Below are positions 44,183 through 57,184 of a DNA stretch of 64,000 nucleotides, piece by piece (within the stretch, counting starts at the first letter, position 1; each line of letters begins with the position of its first letter). Under the pieces are notes generated by a model. The model did no database searches. It saw only the letters and a program-made list of their open reading frames with translations, and was not told where the DNA came from. The stretch comes from Chrysomallon squamiferum (taxonomy: Eukaryota > Animalia > Mollusca), in the NCBI GenBank assembly GCA_012295275.1, contig CM022679.1, positions 27,900,001 to 27,964,000 on the forward strand. The letters are read 5' to 3'. A program made the position numbers and the translations under genes.

Positions 44183-45004
44183 ATTTACAGTCAAGTTAAA
44201 TTTTGTTTCAAATTCCGGTAAACATACATGTTATGAACAAACAAAAATAAACAAACAACCCCTGATCTCTGTTTTACAGAAAAATGTTACCAATTTTATT
44301 TAATGTGTTAAAGGTTATTTTTTTAAAGGTAATTTGCTAGAAAGATTTTGTGGATGCTGACTGATGGAAAACACTGACAGAAACAAAACTTCTGTTAGGT
44401 TTCTAATTTCACGCGAGCTGTTTAAGTTTACTTCCATTCCTGCTTGAGAATGTAAATTGCCGACATATCTATTAATCAGGTCACATGACACAATGGAACA
44501 GATCATATGACATCATTTAATTTTGAAACAATTTTACAAGTTGCTGTTTGAAACATTTGCTCTTGCATGCTGTCTAGTTTCGTTTTTTGTTTTCTTGGGT
44601 TTTTTTTTTCACATCAGCTTTAATAGACGTCTTCATGTCACGCCTTTGCACTGTGGACATGCTAATTTCAAAAAATTGACAAAATGTGATAATTTAGTGC
44701 GCATCACCGACATAACAACATTGACACCACGATGGACGGTATTCAATCAGAAACACTAAGCCTGATCACGTGACATCTAAAATTGACTTTAATAAAATCT
44801 ACATTCTTGACGTGCTTTGGCTGGATGCGAGGTCTCGACACGAATGTGACTCGTGTGTATTTCTCGTCCAGGTCGACGATTGGTTAGCATTCACTATTAG
44901 ATCAGGGAACCATTGTCCGCGCAAACACACTCAACAGTGTGGGCCTGATCCGACTTTAACTCGATTTGTTTCCTTCCGTGCTATGAAACAGAATATATAC
45001 TAAG

Positions 45005-45106
<102 letters not shown>

Positions 45107-45557
45107 GTAAGTATGTATGTATGTATGTATGTATATATGTATGTATGTATGTATGTATATCAGTCTATCTACATCTGTAACCGTGTGTAAATTTAAGTGT
45201 CTGTTTATCTGTTTTTGTGTTTGTGTGTCTCTCTTTCTGTGTGTTTCTGTATGTCTCTCCGTTTGTCAGTACATATGTCTGCTGGTGTCTATATAAACAT
45301 TTCAGTATCTGCATATGTGAATTTGGGTCTATGTCAGAATCTGTAATTAGTTCAACATGCATGTATTTGCTTTGTGTCTATTTCTGTTTGCCAGATATAA
45401 GCATATAGTACCTAATATATGAGTTATGTGTGGAAAATACTATATATGCATACAAAAACACAAAATAGACTGATATATATATATACCTATATATACGTAC
45501 ATACATACATATATCGATAATAGATAAGTAGGTAGGTAGGTAGGTAGGTAGGTAGGA

Positions 45558-45596
<39 letters not shown>

Positions 45597-46144
45597 AAGA
45601 TAGATAGATGGAAAATGCATATTTGGAGAGAGGAAACAAGATGATGAAACTATCAGCAACACGCCAGTTATTATTCATGTTTCTGAGAGAAGTTCGCAGA
45701 CTGATGAAATATGCAAATATTGAAAAGTATCTCTCTATGAAATTACACGGACTAAATCCAGCTAAAATTCTCTACAAAATAAATGTGTCATGCGTTTTGA
45801 TTTCAGTGAGACAGATGTAATTAATTACTGCTAGAATAAACATAAATATGACGACAAATGTCCTACCAAGCCATAGAAAACTTTGGAAACAAGAAGGGAA
45901 GACCCACAATTTGAAGGTATTTAACTATTCATTTTAAATGTCATGTAATATCATTATATATGTTTCTATGTCTATATGCATATATGTATATATTTATGTT
46001 ACTAAGTATTTATGTTAGTATGTATTTTTGTATGTCTGTAAGTTTTTATGTATGTATCTGTGTGTGGTCTGTAAATATATATATATAAGAAACGTGATAA
46101 ATAATAAAACACGTTTGTATCTATTTCAGATTCTGCTGTTCACA

Positions 46145-46221
46145 ATGGTAAAACTATTTCTCTTGTTTCTTCTGCTCTCTCCGCTGTCTGTTTTAGCGAT
46201 GACTACAAAAGAATTCTGCGA
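46145..46221 (+). CDS. Micro-exon secreted peptide gene, coding exon 1 (signal peptide MVKLFLLFLLLSPLSVLA-MTTKEFC)
   Basis: Acceptor tttcag ends at 46129, ATG at 46145, classical signal peptide, donor GA|gtaagt (phase 2). Confidence 0.75.
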
Positions 46222-46525
46222 GTAAGTATAAAAATAACTAAATTTATCAGTAAATCGGATTAACCAAAGAAAATATAAATATGACGTAGATGATTCGAAA
46301 TGTTTGTTTTTCTAATATAATAATTTATTCTTCCAACAGAAGTGTCACTTTTCATTAAAATGTATTAGAAAAATCTTTCGACTAATTCAACATCAAGGAC
46401 TGATATATGAAATATGTATGTATGTATGTATATATGTAAATAGGTATTTAGGTAAATTTCGAGTTTGTTGTTTTATAATTTTTATATGTGATAACAATGT
46501 ATACATTTTACTTTATATTTTTCAG

Positions 46526-46560
46526 GAATTGTGCTGAATATGTAAAGATAATTACTTCGA
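46526..46560 (+). CDS. Micro-exon secreted peptide gene, exon 2 (35 nt; E-NCAEYVKIITS)
   Basis: Polypyrimidine tract plus tttttcag acceptor, donor A|gtaagt; open and phase-compatible with exon 1. Confidence 0.72.
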
Positions 46561-46628
46561 GTAAGTTCCATTTATTTATTTAATTATGTGGCAATGATAA
46601 ATTCTGACACAAGGAGAGTGTCACGCAG

Positions 46629-46687
<59 letters not shown>

Positions 46688-46772
46688 GTATAATAATAAT
46701 ATATATATAAATATGTTTTTTTAAACACATCAAAATGATATTACTATTTTTTGTTATTTGAATATTTCTCAG

Positions 46773-46823
46773 CGTTTAAAGGTGACACCAGTTCTGTTTC
46801 TGACAGATCCATTCAAAAGAGAA
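46773..46823 (+). CDS. Micro-exon secreted peptide gene, exon 3 (51 nt; T-FKGDTSSVSDRSIQKR)
   Basis: tttctcag acceptor, donor A|gtaagt; phase 1-1 and open, ending in KR. Confidence 0.7.
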
Positions 46824-47532
46824 GTAAGTGATCCGTTTTATATTATTAGTGTAATCTTGTACACGACAGCTGTACACACAGACACCAACCCACACAGACA
46901 CACACACATAAACACACACACACAGACACAGACACACACACACATACACACACACATACACACACACAGACATACACACACATACACAGACACACACATA
47001 CACACACACATAAATACACACAGACACAGACACACACACAGACACAGACACACACAAACACACACATACACACATGCATAAACACACACACACATACACA
47101 GACACACACACATAAACACACATACACACATAAACACACACACATAAACACACACACATAAACACACACACACACAGACACAGAGATTCACGTCTAAGAA
47201 GAGAAATGTGAATCTCGTCCTATTTGTTGGCTGCGAGCAACTGTTATTTTATAAAATAGTGTCAGCCATGTTTTGTTCCGTCGAACCAAGAGCAAAAATA
47301 CAAACAAATCAAATTCAAATAAATAAATGATCTTTAAGTCAGTTTCACATAATTTAATAATAATAATAATAATAATAATGTGTGTGATCATGTAAATATT
47401 AGTAAATATATCGCATTTCGAAACGTAAGTAAAGAGAAAAAGAAACGTATGTACATATCTGAGAGAAAGAAGGAAAGTTTGTAATATTACTCTTTAGTTT
47501 CATTAGTATTTAAATATTTTAATATTTTACAG

Positions 47533-47555
47533 GATTACATCCACAGAAATTCTAA
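47533..47555 (+). CDS. Micro-exon secreted peptide gene, exon 4 (R-LHPQKF-stop; exon ends 47558)
   Basis: ttttacag acceptor and gtaagt donor at 47559; in-frame TAA at 47553-47555 when joined directly to exon 3. Confidence 0.6.
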
Positions 47556-47936
47556 GTTGTAAGTTTTATATAACAGTTTAATTATGTAGACGATAACAGA
47601 CACACAAACACACATACAAACAGACACAGTCAATCAGACAAAAAGCAACAAATAAAACATTGTAAAGAATGACTTTAGCAATAATTAATTAATTAATACA
47701 TTTATTTATTTATTTATTTATTTATTTATTTCTTCATTTATTTTTCTTTACTTTATTTAATTTAATTTAATTTTATTTTATTTAATTTTATTTTATTTTA
47801 TGTTGCAGGAAGAAATTATAATTGACTTATTTCACCAAATATAAAAACTTTCAAAACTTTTCTGAATTTACTTTTATATGAGATTTGTGTATCAGTTACT
47901 TTTTCACTCAGAGGTAAGTTGCTACTGTTTGTGACG

Positions 47937-48038
<102 letters not shown>

Positions 48039-48324
48039 GCTTCTTCTTGTTACGGATGTCTAACAAATACAAATGTATTTGTTTTGTCTGTATCTATCTG
48101 ATCTTTGTGACAGATGTTCATACTGTGGTGTACCTCAGGCATATTTAGAATTATCTGTCGTTGAACTGAAGCGAGCTAAGATCATACTTTACACAAGTTT
48201 ATATCAGTTATCGTATCAGTAGCAACAACCACGGGAACAACAACAACAACAACAATAAAAATAATAATAATAATAATAATTATGTATGTATGTATGTGGT
48301 TCTGTATATATTGGTAAATATATC

Positions 48325-48426
<102 letters not shown>

Positions 48427-48495
48427 GAAGAGGGGAAGAAAAAAGAGAGTAAGAAAGCTGTTTTTGAATAAAATAAAATAATAAATAGATTAATA

Positions 48496-48527
<32 letters not shown>

Positions 48528-50219
48528 AACGGCTTCTTTTTACTTTTACTTGCGTGTTCAGAACTGAAGGATGGGAGAAAACAAATAAACGAGTACTACC
48601 ATGCTTTAATATCTAGAGTTGTCTCCCTTCCACACTTTTACTTGACTATCTATCTATCTTTATTTATTTATTTATATTTTTATTTTAACTTTATTATTAT
48701 TTCTTTACAAACACAAAAAATAAATAAAAAAAAATAAAAAAAAGCAAACAACACTACTTACGTTAAATAACATGTTTGTATATAGACGTGTGTGTTTCTG
48801 TTTAGGTTTTTTTGTATGTGTATGTGTGTATGTGTATGTGTCTGTATAATGTATATATATATATATGCATGTACGTGTGTATGTATAAAGAAAGAAATAA
48901 TTAAAGAAACCTGGCTAGTAAGTCTTGCTTCTTCTAGTTTGACGACGGCGTAGACATCAATGACGTCAGTGATGAAGAAATTAAATACAACCTTCAAATT
49001 TCAGTGAAAGTTGTATTGCATTAATACAAGAATAAACTACTGTAAAATACAACAACAATAACAACAACAAATAAATAAATAAATAAAATAATAGACAAAA
49101 ACAAACAATCAAAACAAAGAACAAAAAACAAATCACAAAAAAATCAACAAAAAAAGAAGAAAAAAAGAAATAAAGAAAAAATAAAAATAAAAATAAAACA
49201 AACAACGCAACAGCAAGAGCAAAACAAAAGAAAATTTCATATAAACAAGAAAAAGGAAACACTGTATCTACCTGATCTTTGTGACAGATGTTCATACTGT
49301 GGTGTACCTCAGACATATTTTAAATTATCTGTCGTTGAAATGGAGCGAACTAAGATCACGCTTTACAGTTTATATCAGTTAACGTATTTTGCTGTCACTT
49401 GACAGTAATAACGGAAACAGCAACTATAACAACTCTAAACTACAACAACGTCAATAATGATAATAATAATAATTATTATTATAATTATACGGTTATATAC
49501 GGTTATACTGGTAAATATATAGAAATTCGAAATGGAGTGAGAAAGAACACAAACTTTGGTACACACAAAGATAGAGCGAGAGATTTGTAATGTGATATTT
49601 CTAATTCTTTTGTTTATGATTTGAATATTTTTTTATTTATTTATTTATTTAATTCTCTTCTGTTCTTAAATGTAGGAAAACTGACTGATTACGCATATCC
49701 TTGAGATGAAAAGATGACAACTAAAAGGAAATATGAAAAGGAAAAATAAATTTGTTCTAAAACTTTTATTTTCTAAGTTTACTCTTCCATGAGATTTCTG
49801 TGATGTTTTAATTTCAGAAATAAATTGTTTCTCTTTGTGACAATTTCTCTAATGATTAGAACATTTAAAACAGAAACACAATAGGACATTTTTATAACTC
49901 TTAATCAGGATACACCAATTTATTTATATAACACTGGACAGAGAAGAGTAGATTTGGTAAAACATTAAAATATCTCTATGAAACACGTGGATAGATGAAT
50001 ACACAGTTAAAATTAGGGTCATTTGATGTCAAATTACAAGAGTAAAATTTTAATTTCATCATTTTACATTTTGCTGATATTTGTGTGGTCTTGGCATAGT
50101 GATGTCAAATCTCAAATATTAGCTCTATCAACCACCAGGTTGGAGATTTTGGCCGTCAAGTCTACAGTCACGAAATGGTATAACTTTCCTATATTTATGA
50201 ATCAATAAGAACTGTCTTC

Positions 50220-50434
50220 TGTTACAGTTTCATACTCGTAGTCAACACCAAACATGATTATAAAACAACACCCAGTGATTTGTTTCTGTAAAAAAAACAG
50301 ATCCAGCCAATCAGTACCATCGTAAGTTCCGCTGCAGTCCAACTCAATTACTGATTAACCATCCTGACATGGAATATAAACCAATTTGAAAATGGTCCAA
50401 GACATTCTGGATGACCCAGATAATCATATTAACA
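50220..50434 (-). mobile_element. Candidate 3' LTR of the copia element
   Basis: TGTTA...TAACA inverted termini. On the minus strand it is preceded by a polypurine tract AGAAGAACAGGGGAA (50437-50451) and lies just downstream of the pol end. Confidence 0.6.
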
Positions 50435-50569
50435 CATTCCCCTGTTCTTCTGCTGACAGTGATAATACACAACACATTCACAAAAAATTAAAACATATTG
50501 AAAGTATTTGAAAAAAATGTAGTTAAAAATATAGTTTGTCTTAAAAGTTGTATTCTGTATTAAATCACT

Positions 50570-52000
50570 TATACTGTCCATTCTGTTTCGCTAGCTGTCC
50601 AGTTTTCAGAGCCTCCAGAAGTTTTTCGCTTGATGCTCATCTTTTAGTTACACAGTCTGAAATCTGATAACAAGTGTCCAGTCACACCACTCGAGAAATT
50701 TCCGTTCACTGTAGCATTTGCTTTATACTAGAAATGTGTATTCTTAAACGTTTTAAGTTTTAGTTGAGTGAATGATTTCACTCGATAGTTATTGTTAATG
50801 AAACAGTCAGCACGTGTTGTATTGTTGTTAGGATTGTTAAATACAATTTCCTAAGAAGATGTCCTAAATAAAAGTAGCATCAAGCCCATCCTCTAAAGTA
50901 AGTGTTTCAGGAGGTAGGGTGCTTCTAACAACTCTACATGTCACTATTTGATCCAACAGTCACCATTTGATCCAGTCAAGAAACTATAAATCCAGCTGAA
51001 CTAGACACACAGCTATTAAAATCTGTATATGATGCATCACAGAAAAGTCTTAACCTCATGTCACCAATATTCCTAGTTTTTGGAAATTTAATAAAAACAA
51101 AACTTTCAGATTTCACTTTTTTACAACCTTATTTCTTTTCAGTCGATCTTCAACTTTCGGATCTTTGATCAGCAAACTAATTTCTAAACTAGTAATATAC
51201 ACACAGCGTAATTCGGCCACTAACCCAGTTGATTCGTACAATAGTACTACGTAACTGAGTTCCTCCTCTTTGTTCAGTAAGTTAAGTTTCTCTGATGCTC
51301 TGACAACTCTCAGTCAAATAGTTCATAAACTGTCTACTCATGAACATTGATCAAGAATAATGCAGCCAGGTTGCTGATCTATCTCAAGTCCTGTGTATCT
51401 AAAAGTACCGTTTCCTTGTTTACCAATTTGTCTTAAGTCTATGATTCACTGCTTCTTGAAAGTATTCTGTCTCTGATCAAATAAAATCATCAACATGCAT
51501 AAGAAACATACCTGCAAAAGATTTGCTATGAAACCAGTTACATAACACTTGATCAAATTATAACTGATTGCAGTCAAGTTCATTTATTTATTTATTTATT
51601 TAATTTATTTATTTATTTATTTATTTGATTGTTTGTTTGTTTGTTTGTTTGTTTATTTATTTTGTAGTTCACTCGATTAAACCATACAAACATGTCTTAA
51701 GCTTCAAGACGTTGCCATCAGAATCAGATATTTGTTTACATTTTCACGAGAATAACAATAATATTGCCAACATAGTTCGTAAACTAGTGGGAGAATGACT
51801 TTGCACAGTTTCTTCATTTTCGAAACCAGAAACCACCAGTTTAGCTTTTGCTTCATTATACACAACGGGTTGTCAGACATGTCTGTCCCACGTCATCAAC
51901 CCTTTACACACACATGATCTGCTTTTCAGATGTCAAGTTTCACTACATGCTCACCATGACGAGAAGAGGGAATAAAAACAACAGTTCGTTCATTACTGGT
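50570..52000 (-). mobile_element. Decayed Ty1/copia LTR retrotransposon pol (RT + RNase H), GalEa-like
   Basis: Minus-strand translation gives AKAKLVVSGFE..SHSPT, LKLKTCLYGL, FLMHVDDF (copia RT catalytic motif), FRYTGLEI, LRLFCDASY, RVVRSTLPPETL, KRLRIHISSIKQM and QISDCVTKR. Many stops and frameshifts. Confidence 0.88.
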
Positions 52001-52706
52001 AAGTATCTATTTTACTGTTTATCTTACGCAATGGTTTCAATTACTTTACACTAGATTGACAAGAAGCGACAGAAGTTTCTTCGTTCAATTCTCTGTATTC
52101 TACCAAGTTTTCAGATGAAAAAGATTCGTTCTCAGTTGTGTCTTCGTCTTCGAAAAGCACATGTATATTACCTCATAACAGATATTTTCAATGCAGGAAT
52201 AATTAGCAGAATTAGTATCAGACCGATCAATAATCACAGACTATTCAGTATCTTCAAGCTGATGAAATCCATCTCCAGTTTTTGTAAGCTGCAAACACGC
52301 TGTCCTCCATCAGCTTTGGTCAGCAAGGACTGGCTTCCATCAGAGAAGACTCATCATCTGCCAGTCACGTAGTTGCTAGCGTTGTACAATCAGAACCTAT
52401 CTGAATTATCTGCTGTCACTAAGGATTCTTTTCTTCAACAAGCCTGGTGTCGCCTGCCAGTGTCTGTCAACTAACCTGTCTACTGCGACATTGTTCACTC
52501 ATCCCTGACTACCATGAAGCGATCCTGCAGATGCAAGGTACTCAAACCGGTTCTTGTTGTCGCTGCAGTTGTCTGGCTCTTCTTGGCTTCTTTGGCTTTA
52601 ACGTGCATTAACTTAACTACATGTGAACACGCGAGTGGTATTGTTTTCTGCACACAGAACTGTGGCGTTTTGGCTACGTGTTTTACATTTATTAAGTTTT
52701 AACTAT

Positions 52707-52746
<40 letters not shown>

Positions 52747-53402
52747 TTATTGTTGATATTTACACATACGTCGGGTTTTATGAAACAATTAATAAATTGT
52801 TAGAGATAGTTGGGGCTTCTTAGGAGCATGAAATACAACACAGTTGTTAATATGTTAACAGAGGATTGTGTGGTATTATTGTTCAGTAATATGTTCTTAT
52901 TAAGAAACAAACATCACACATGTTAACATTCTTTAAGTATACAAAGATATCTATGTGTGTAAACATCACAAAAGACTGAGTCATTTGGCGAAGATTATTG
53001 TCGTTTTACTCAGTTACAAGTTGAGTGAGAAGGAGGTTATACAGATCCTATAAAACTTAAATATTAGCTTTGGAAAGACCAGGCGCTGAGATTCTATCCT
53101 ACAATTCAGGTGCTGGCCTTGTACTTCTGTAATATACAGAATTTACAACTAGTATTTTATATTACAGAAAGAACAACAGAAATACTGTAAACCGCTCCGT
53201 CATCAGCAGTGACTTTTCTAAATCTCCTCAGTTATTCAGATTTAATCTCTGTTAACAATCGGTTTTTAAATTATGATGTCAACGAGCAAACCTTATTAAT
53301 ATTCAGCAGCCCTTGCTAAATTTCGATCAGAACCAGAGTCTTGGTTATTTTAGCTAACTTTAGATCTATCCCTGCGTGGGCGTTGTCACGTGACTCGCTC
53401 TT

Positions 53403-53644
53403 TCAGCACACCTCTGACCCGTAATACTCCCACTGAGAATCTTTCCGCACCGAGTCGCTGAAGCTGGAGTTAAAAGTGAGTTCACACGTGAGCGAGTCGC
53501 TTTGGAAGTTGAAGGAAAAACAGAAAGTTCTCTTGCTGCATCTGATGGAACACTCTGGAAGAGAAACTCCGCTAAGAAGCTCGAACTGTTCTGTGACAAG
53601 ACGTTTTCCTTTAACTCGAGGAAATTGTTTAGGATAAGCACAAC
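53403..53644 (-). CDS. F-type lectin/PAN protein exon 4: PAN/Apple domain and stop
   Basis: ttttag acceptor (phase 1). Translates as GCAYPKQF...ECSIRCSKRTFCFSFNFQSDSLTCEL...WEYYGSEVC*, matching the PAN pattern C-x3-C...C-x-SFNF...CEL...W-x-YY. Confidence 0.85.
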
Positions 53645-53816
53645 CTAAAATAAATAAATAAATAAAGTAAATAAGTAAATGTATGAAACTGCACGTCTCC
53701 CGAGAGCCATATGAATATGTTTGTTTCTAGTTCTTATCATCAGCATCTTTTATATGATGATGATGACGATGATGATGATAATAATAATAATAATAGTAAT
53801 AATAATAACAATAATA

Positions 53817-53847
<31 letters not shown>

Positions 53848-53921
53848 TAGTAATAATAATAGTAATAATAATAATAGTAATAATAATAATAGTAATAATA
53901 ATAGTAATAATAGTAATAATA

Positions 53922-53957
<36 letters not shown>

Positions 53958-54026
53958 GTAATAATAATAGTAATAATAATAGTAATAGTAATAATAATAA
54001 TAGTAATAATAATAATAATGATAATA

Positions 54027-54071
<45 letters not shown>

Positions 54072-54752
54072 CGTCTTGAGTCTAATCACACTTACAAAAG
54101 AAAGGGAATATTCAAAACCTAAAACAAACATACGCACCTTCCCACAGAAAGAAAAACAGATAAAGAAAGAGACACATATACGTTCTTAGAAACAAGTATA
54201 TAGACATAATTATATGTATAAAAACATAATTATACAGAGACACAGATAAACATACTCCAAGAAAAGAAGAATGTACTGCGTTTTTAAATATAGATAGACA
54301 AAAAATACAGAAACAGACATACACACATACATACACATACCATTGCATACATGTACATCTAAACACAAAATACAAAACAGCCACATTGAAATTAACAACA
54401 ATAAAACACAAAAACTAACCCCACAGCGTTCTTTTCAGAACGACACAGATTAACCCACAAATGCGAACATATATACTTATTGTGATGTGTTAAATGAACA
54501 ATATATCCTATGCGATTTCTCCGTTGTATATTCATGTGGGAATAATGCATACTACCGAAATAAGCGAAAGTGCAGGGTTAGAATGAAAAAATGAACTAAC
54601 AGAGGCTTAGAACATTTACGATTTGAAAATAAAAACCAAACACATAATACTGATAAAAAGAAGAATTGTTACGAATAATGAAATAGATTTAGTTCCAAGC
54701 AATACTGCAGTCCCAACCACTCGCAGTCCAAAAAATAAATTATATAAATTAC

Positions 54753-54803
<51 letters not shown>

Positions 54804-54884
54804 ACTTACAAACAAACAAATAATAAATAAATAATTGAAGATTTTGTTGTTTATTTTAAATTATTTGTTCTTTTCTTATCAAAC

Positions 54885-55127
54885 CTGTTTCATGTATTCC
54901 GTATATTTCAACTTCACACAAGGTCAACGCATCATCATACCCCGTGACCTTCCATTTGCGAATACGTAGAAATCGACCTCTGGCCGTGACCTCGCACTCA
55001 AAGTGTCTAGATTCCGCCGCTCTCACTGGCGCACCGGAGTAATTGTAACAAACAACAGGAACTGCTTCGTTACATCTTAGTGGATTTTGGGTAAAAATTT
55101 CAATAACAAAGCTGTGAAGCCGCTGAG
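54885..55127 (-). CDS. F-type lectin/PAN protein exon 3: C-terminal half of the F-type lectin domain
   Basis: tttcag acceptor and G|gtttga donor, phase 1-1, 243 nt. Translates as AQRLHSFVIEIF...CYNYSG...FECEVTARGRFLRIRK...LTLCEVEIYG. Not in the ORF track. Confidence 0.9.
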
Positions 55128-55185
55128 CTGAAATAAAAAAATGGTAGTACTGTATCTATTTTCTCATAATTACATGGCTTTAGAA

Positions 55186-55517
55186 CAGTGATTCCCAACC
55201 GGGGCTGCTCGGAGCCCTTGTGCTCCGCGGTGCATCGTCAAGGGCTTCGCGAGAGATGACATAACTAATAAATAAAACAGGAGAAACTGGGGGCAGTCAG
55301 ACGGACAGAATGAAATAGACAGAACAAACGAATACACCTACAATAACATTACAATGATTACTATGTACAATGCACATGGATAATATAGATAACATGCCTA
55401 ATTTAAATAGTAATTTGTATAAATAAATATTTATTTAATTAATGTGGGGGGGGGGCACCGCAGGATATTAAAAAGTGTTATAGGGCTCCGCATTGATGAA
55501 AAGGTTGGGAATCACTG
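55186..55517. mobile_element. hAT-superfamily (Charlie/Buster-type) MITE, 332 bp
   Basis: Perfect 15-bp TIRs CAGTGATTCCCAACC / GGTTGGGAATCACTG, subterminal g(g/t)gctccgc motifs, and 8-bp flanks ctttagaa / cattacaa (6/8 identical, central TA). Confidence 0.85.
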
Positions 55518-56070
55518 CATTACAAGAAGCAACAAAAAGTGTAGACTGAGAGAGCCAGAGAAAGACAAAGAGACAGAGACACAGAGAGAGAAAGACACAG
55601 ACATAGATTCAGAGAGAGAGACACAGACACGCTCATACACACATATGGATAGATATATAGATATATAGATAGATAGATGGAAAGATAGATAGATAGATAT
55701 ATACATGCATATATACATAAACACACACACATATACACACACACACACACATACATATACATACATACATACATACAGATGTACAGCGAGAGAGAGAAAC
55801 AGGGACATAAAATATAAGAGAAAGGAGGACTGAAGAGCTGAATGACATTAAATGAATATAAACATTAAATATTAAAATTACTGAATTCACACCACACATC
55901 TTCAGAGAGTGTCAGATAAACATTCATTACTTATTCACATTCCACTGCATAATTACTATCACTTTTCTAATTAGCATAATTACTATCACTTTTCTAATTA
56001 GTTTTGCTTTTGTCGTTGTTATTGTTTTTTTGTTTTGTTTTATATTATTATTATCATTATTAATGTTAGA

Positions 56071-56105
<35 letters not shown>

Positions 56106-56673
56106 ATCTATCATACTTAATGTTGTTGTTATAATCATCCTCATCAGCATCATCATTACCATTATTAATTTATTTGTTAATTTATTTATTTATTTATTTT
56201 TATTATACTTTTATAATTTGATGCGATATTTCATGAATGAAGCTGTAAATGATTAATATTCATGGCGCCACTGATGCTGTTTTTATTTGACCACTTGAGC
56301 ATGATCCCAGTTATTTGTAGTCTTGTTTTCAATAACAGCAACAACATATATTTATTTTTGTATTTATCTTTGCTCTTTTAATCTCATGTGATCAGATCAT
56401 TCATGATCACACAATTACGTTATACTGGATCGATCAATGATGCTAGGAGTTAAGGCAATTCTGTCATAAAAAATGTATATATAAATGAATATTTAAAAAT
56501 GTCGCTATTTTTAAACGGAACACAACATGGAGCGGGTCTGTCTCAGGAGATCTGTTTATTCATGGCTGGAAGATCAGTAAATATTTTCAGTTCATAAATA
56601 CACAGACTGAAGTGAGTCTGGTGGGCATAGAAACAATTCAGCATGACTGAATTTCAAAGTCTACACAACAACA

Positions 56674-56748
<75 letters not shown>

Positions 56749-57184
56749 GCTGTTGTTGGTTGTCATCATCATCATTATTAACTAGTATTACTATTACTAG
56801 TGCTACTTCTGCAGCTACAACTACTACTACTATTAATGCTACTAACACTACAATTAGTAATAGCACTTCTACTACTGCTTCTGATACTTCCAATAGTTAT
56901 ACTAGTACAACCACTATTAGTACTACGCTAATACTGTCATAACTGCAGCTATTATTACAACCACCATCACCACTGCTACTACTACTACTACTACCACAAC
57001 TACTACTAATAATAATACTAATATTACTAGCACTGCCGAAAATATTACTACTACTAATACTAATACCACTATGATTACTACTACTACTACTACTACTACT
57101 GCTGCTGCTACTTCTACTACTACTGCTGCTGCTGCTGCTACTACGTCTACTACTAGAAATCTAACAGTTTGCAGATCTTCTTGC

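Noticed and set aside
53366-53641. ORF-track 91-aa protein MLILNNF...
   Set aside because: Wrong frame; the real exon (PAN domain) is in another minus-strand frame fixed by splice phase.
53711-54137. Poly-Asn/Ile/Tyr/Leu ORFs (and similar poly-SL, ER, CV, T ORFs across the window)
   Set aside because: Translations of (AAT)n, (CT)n, (CA)n and (ACT)n microsatellites; this one lies in lectin intron 3.
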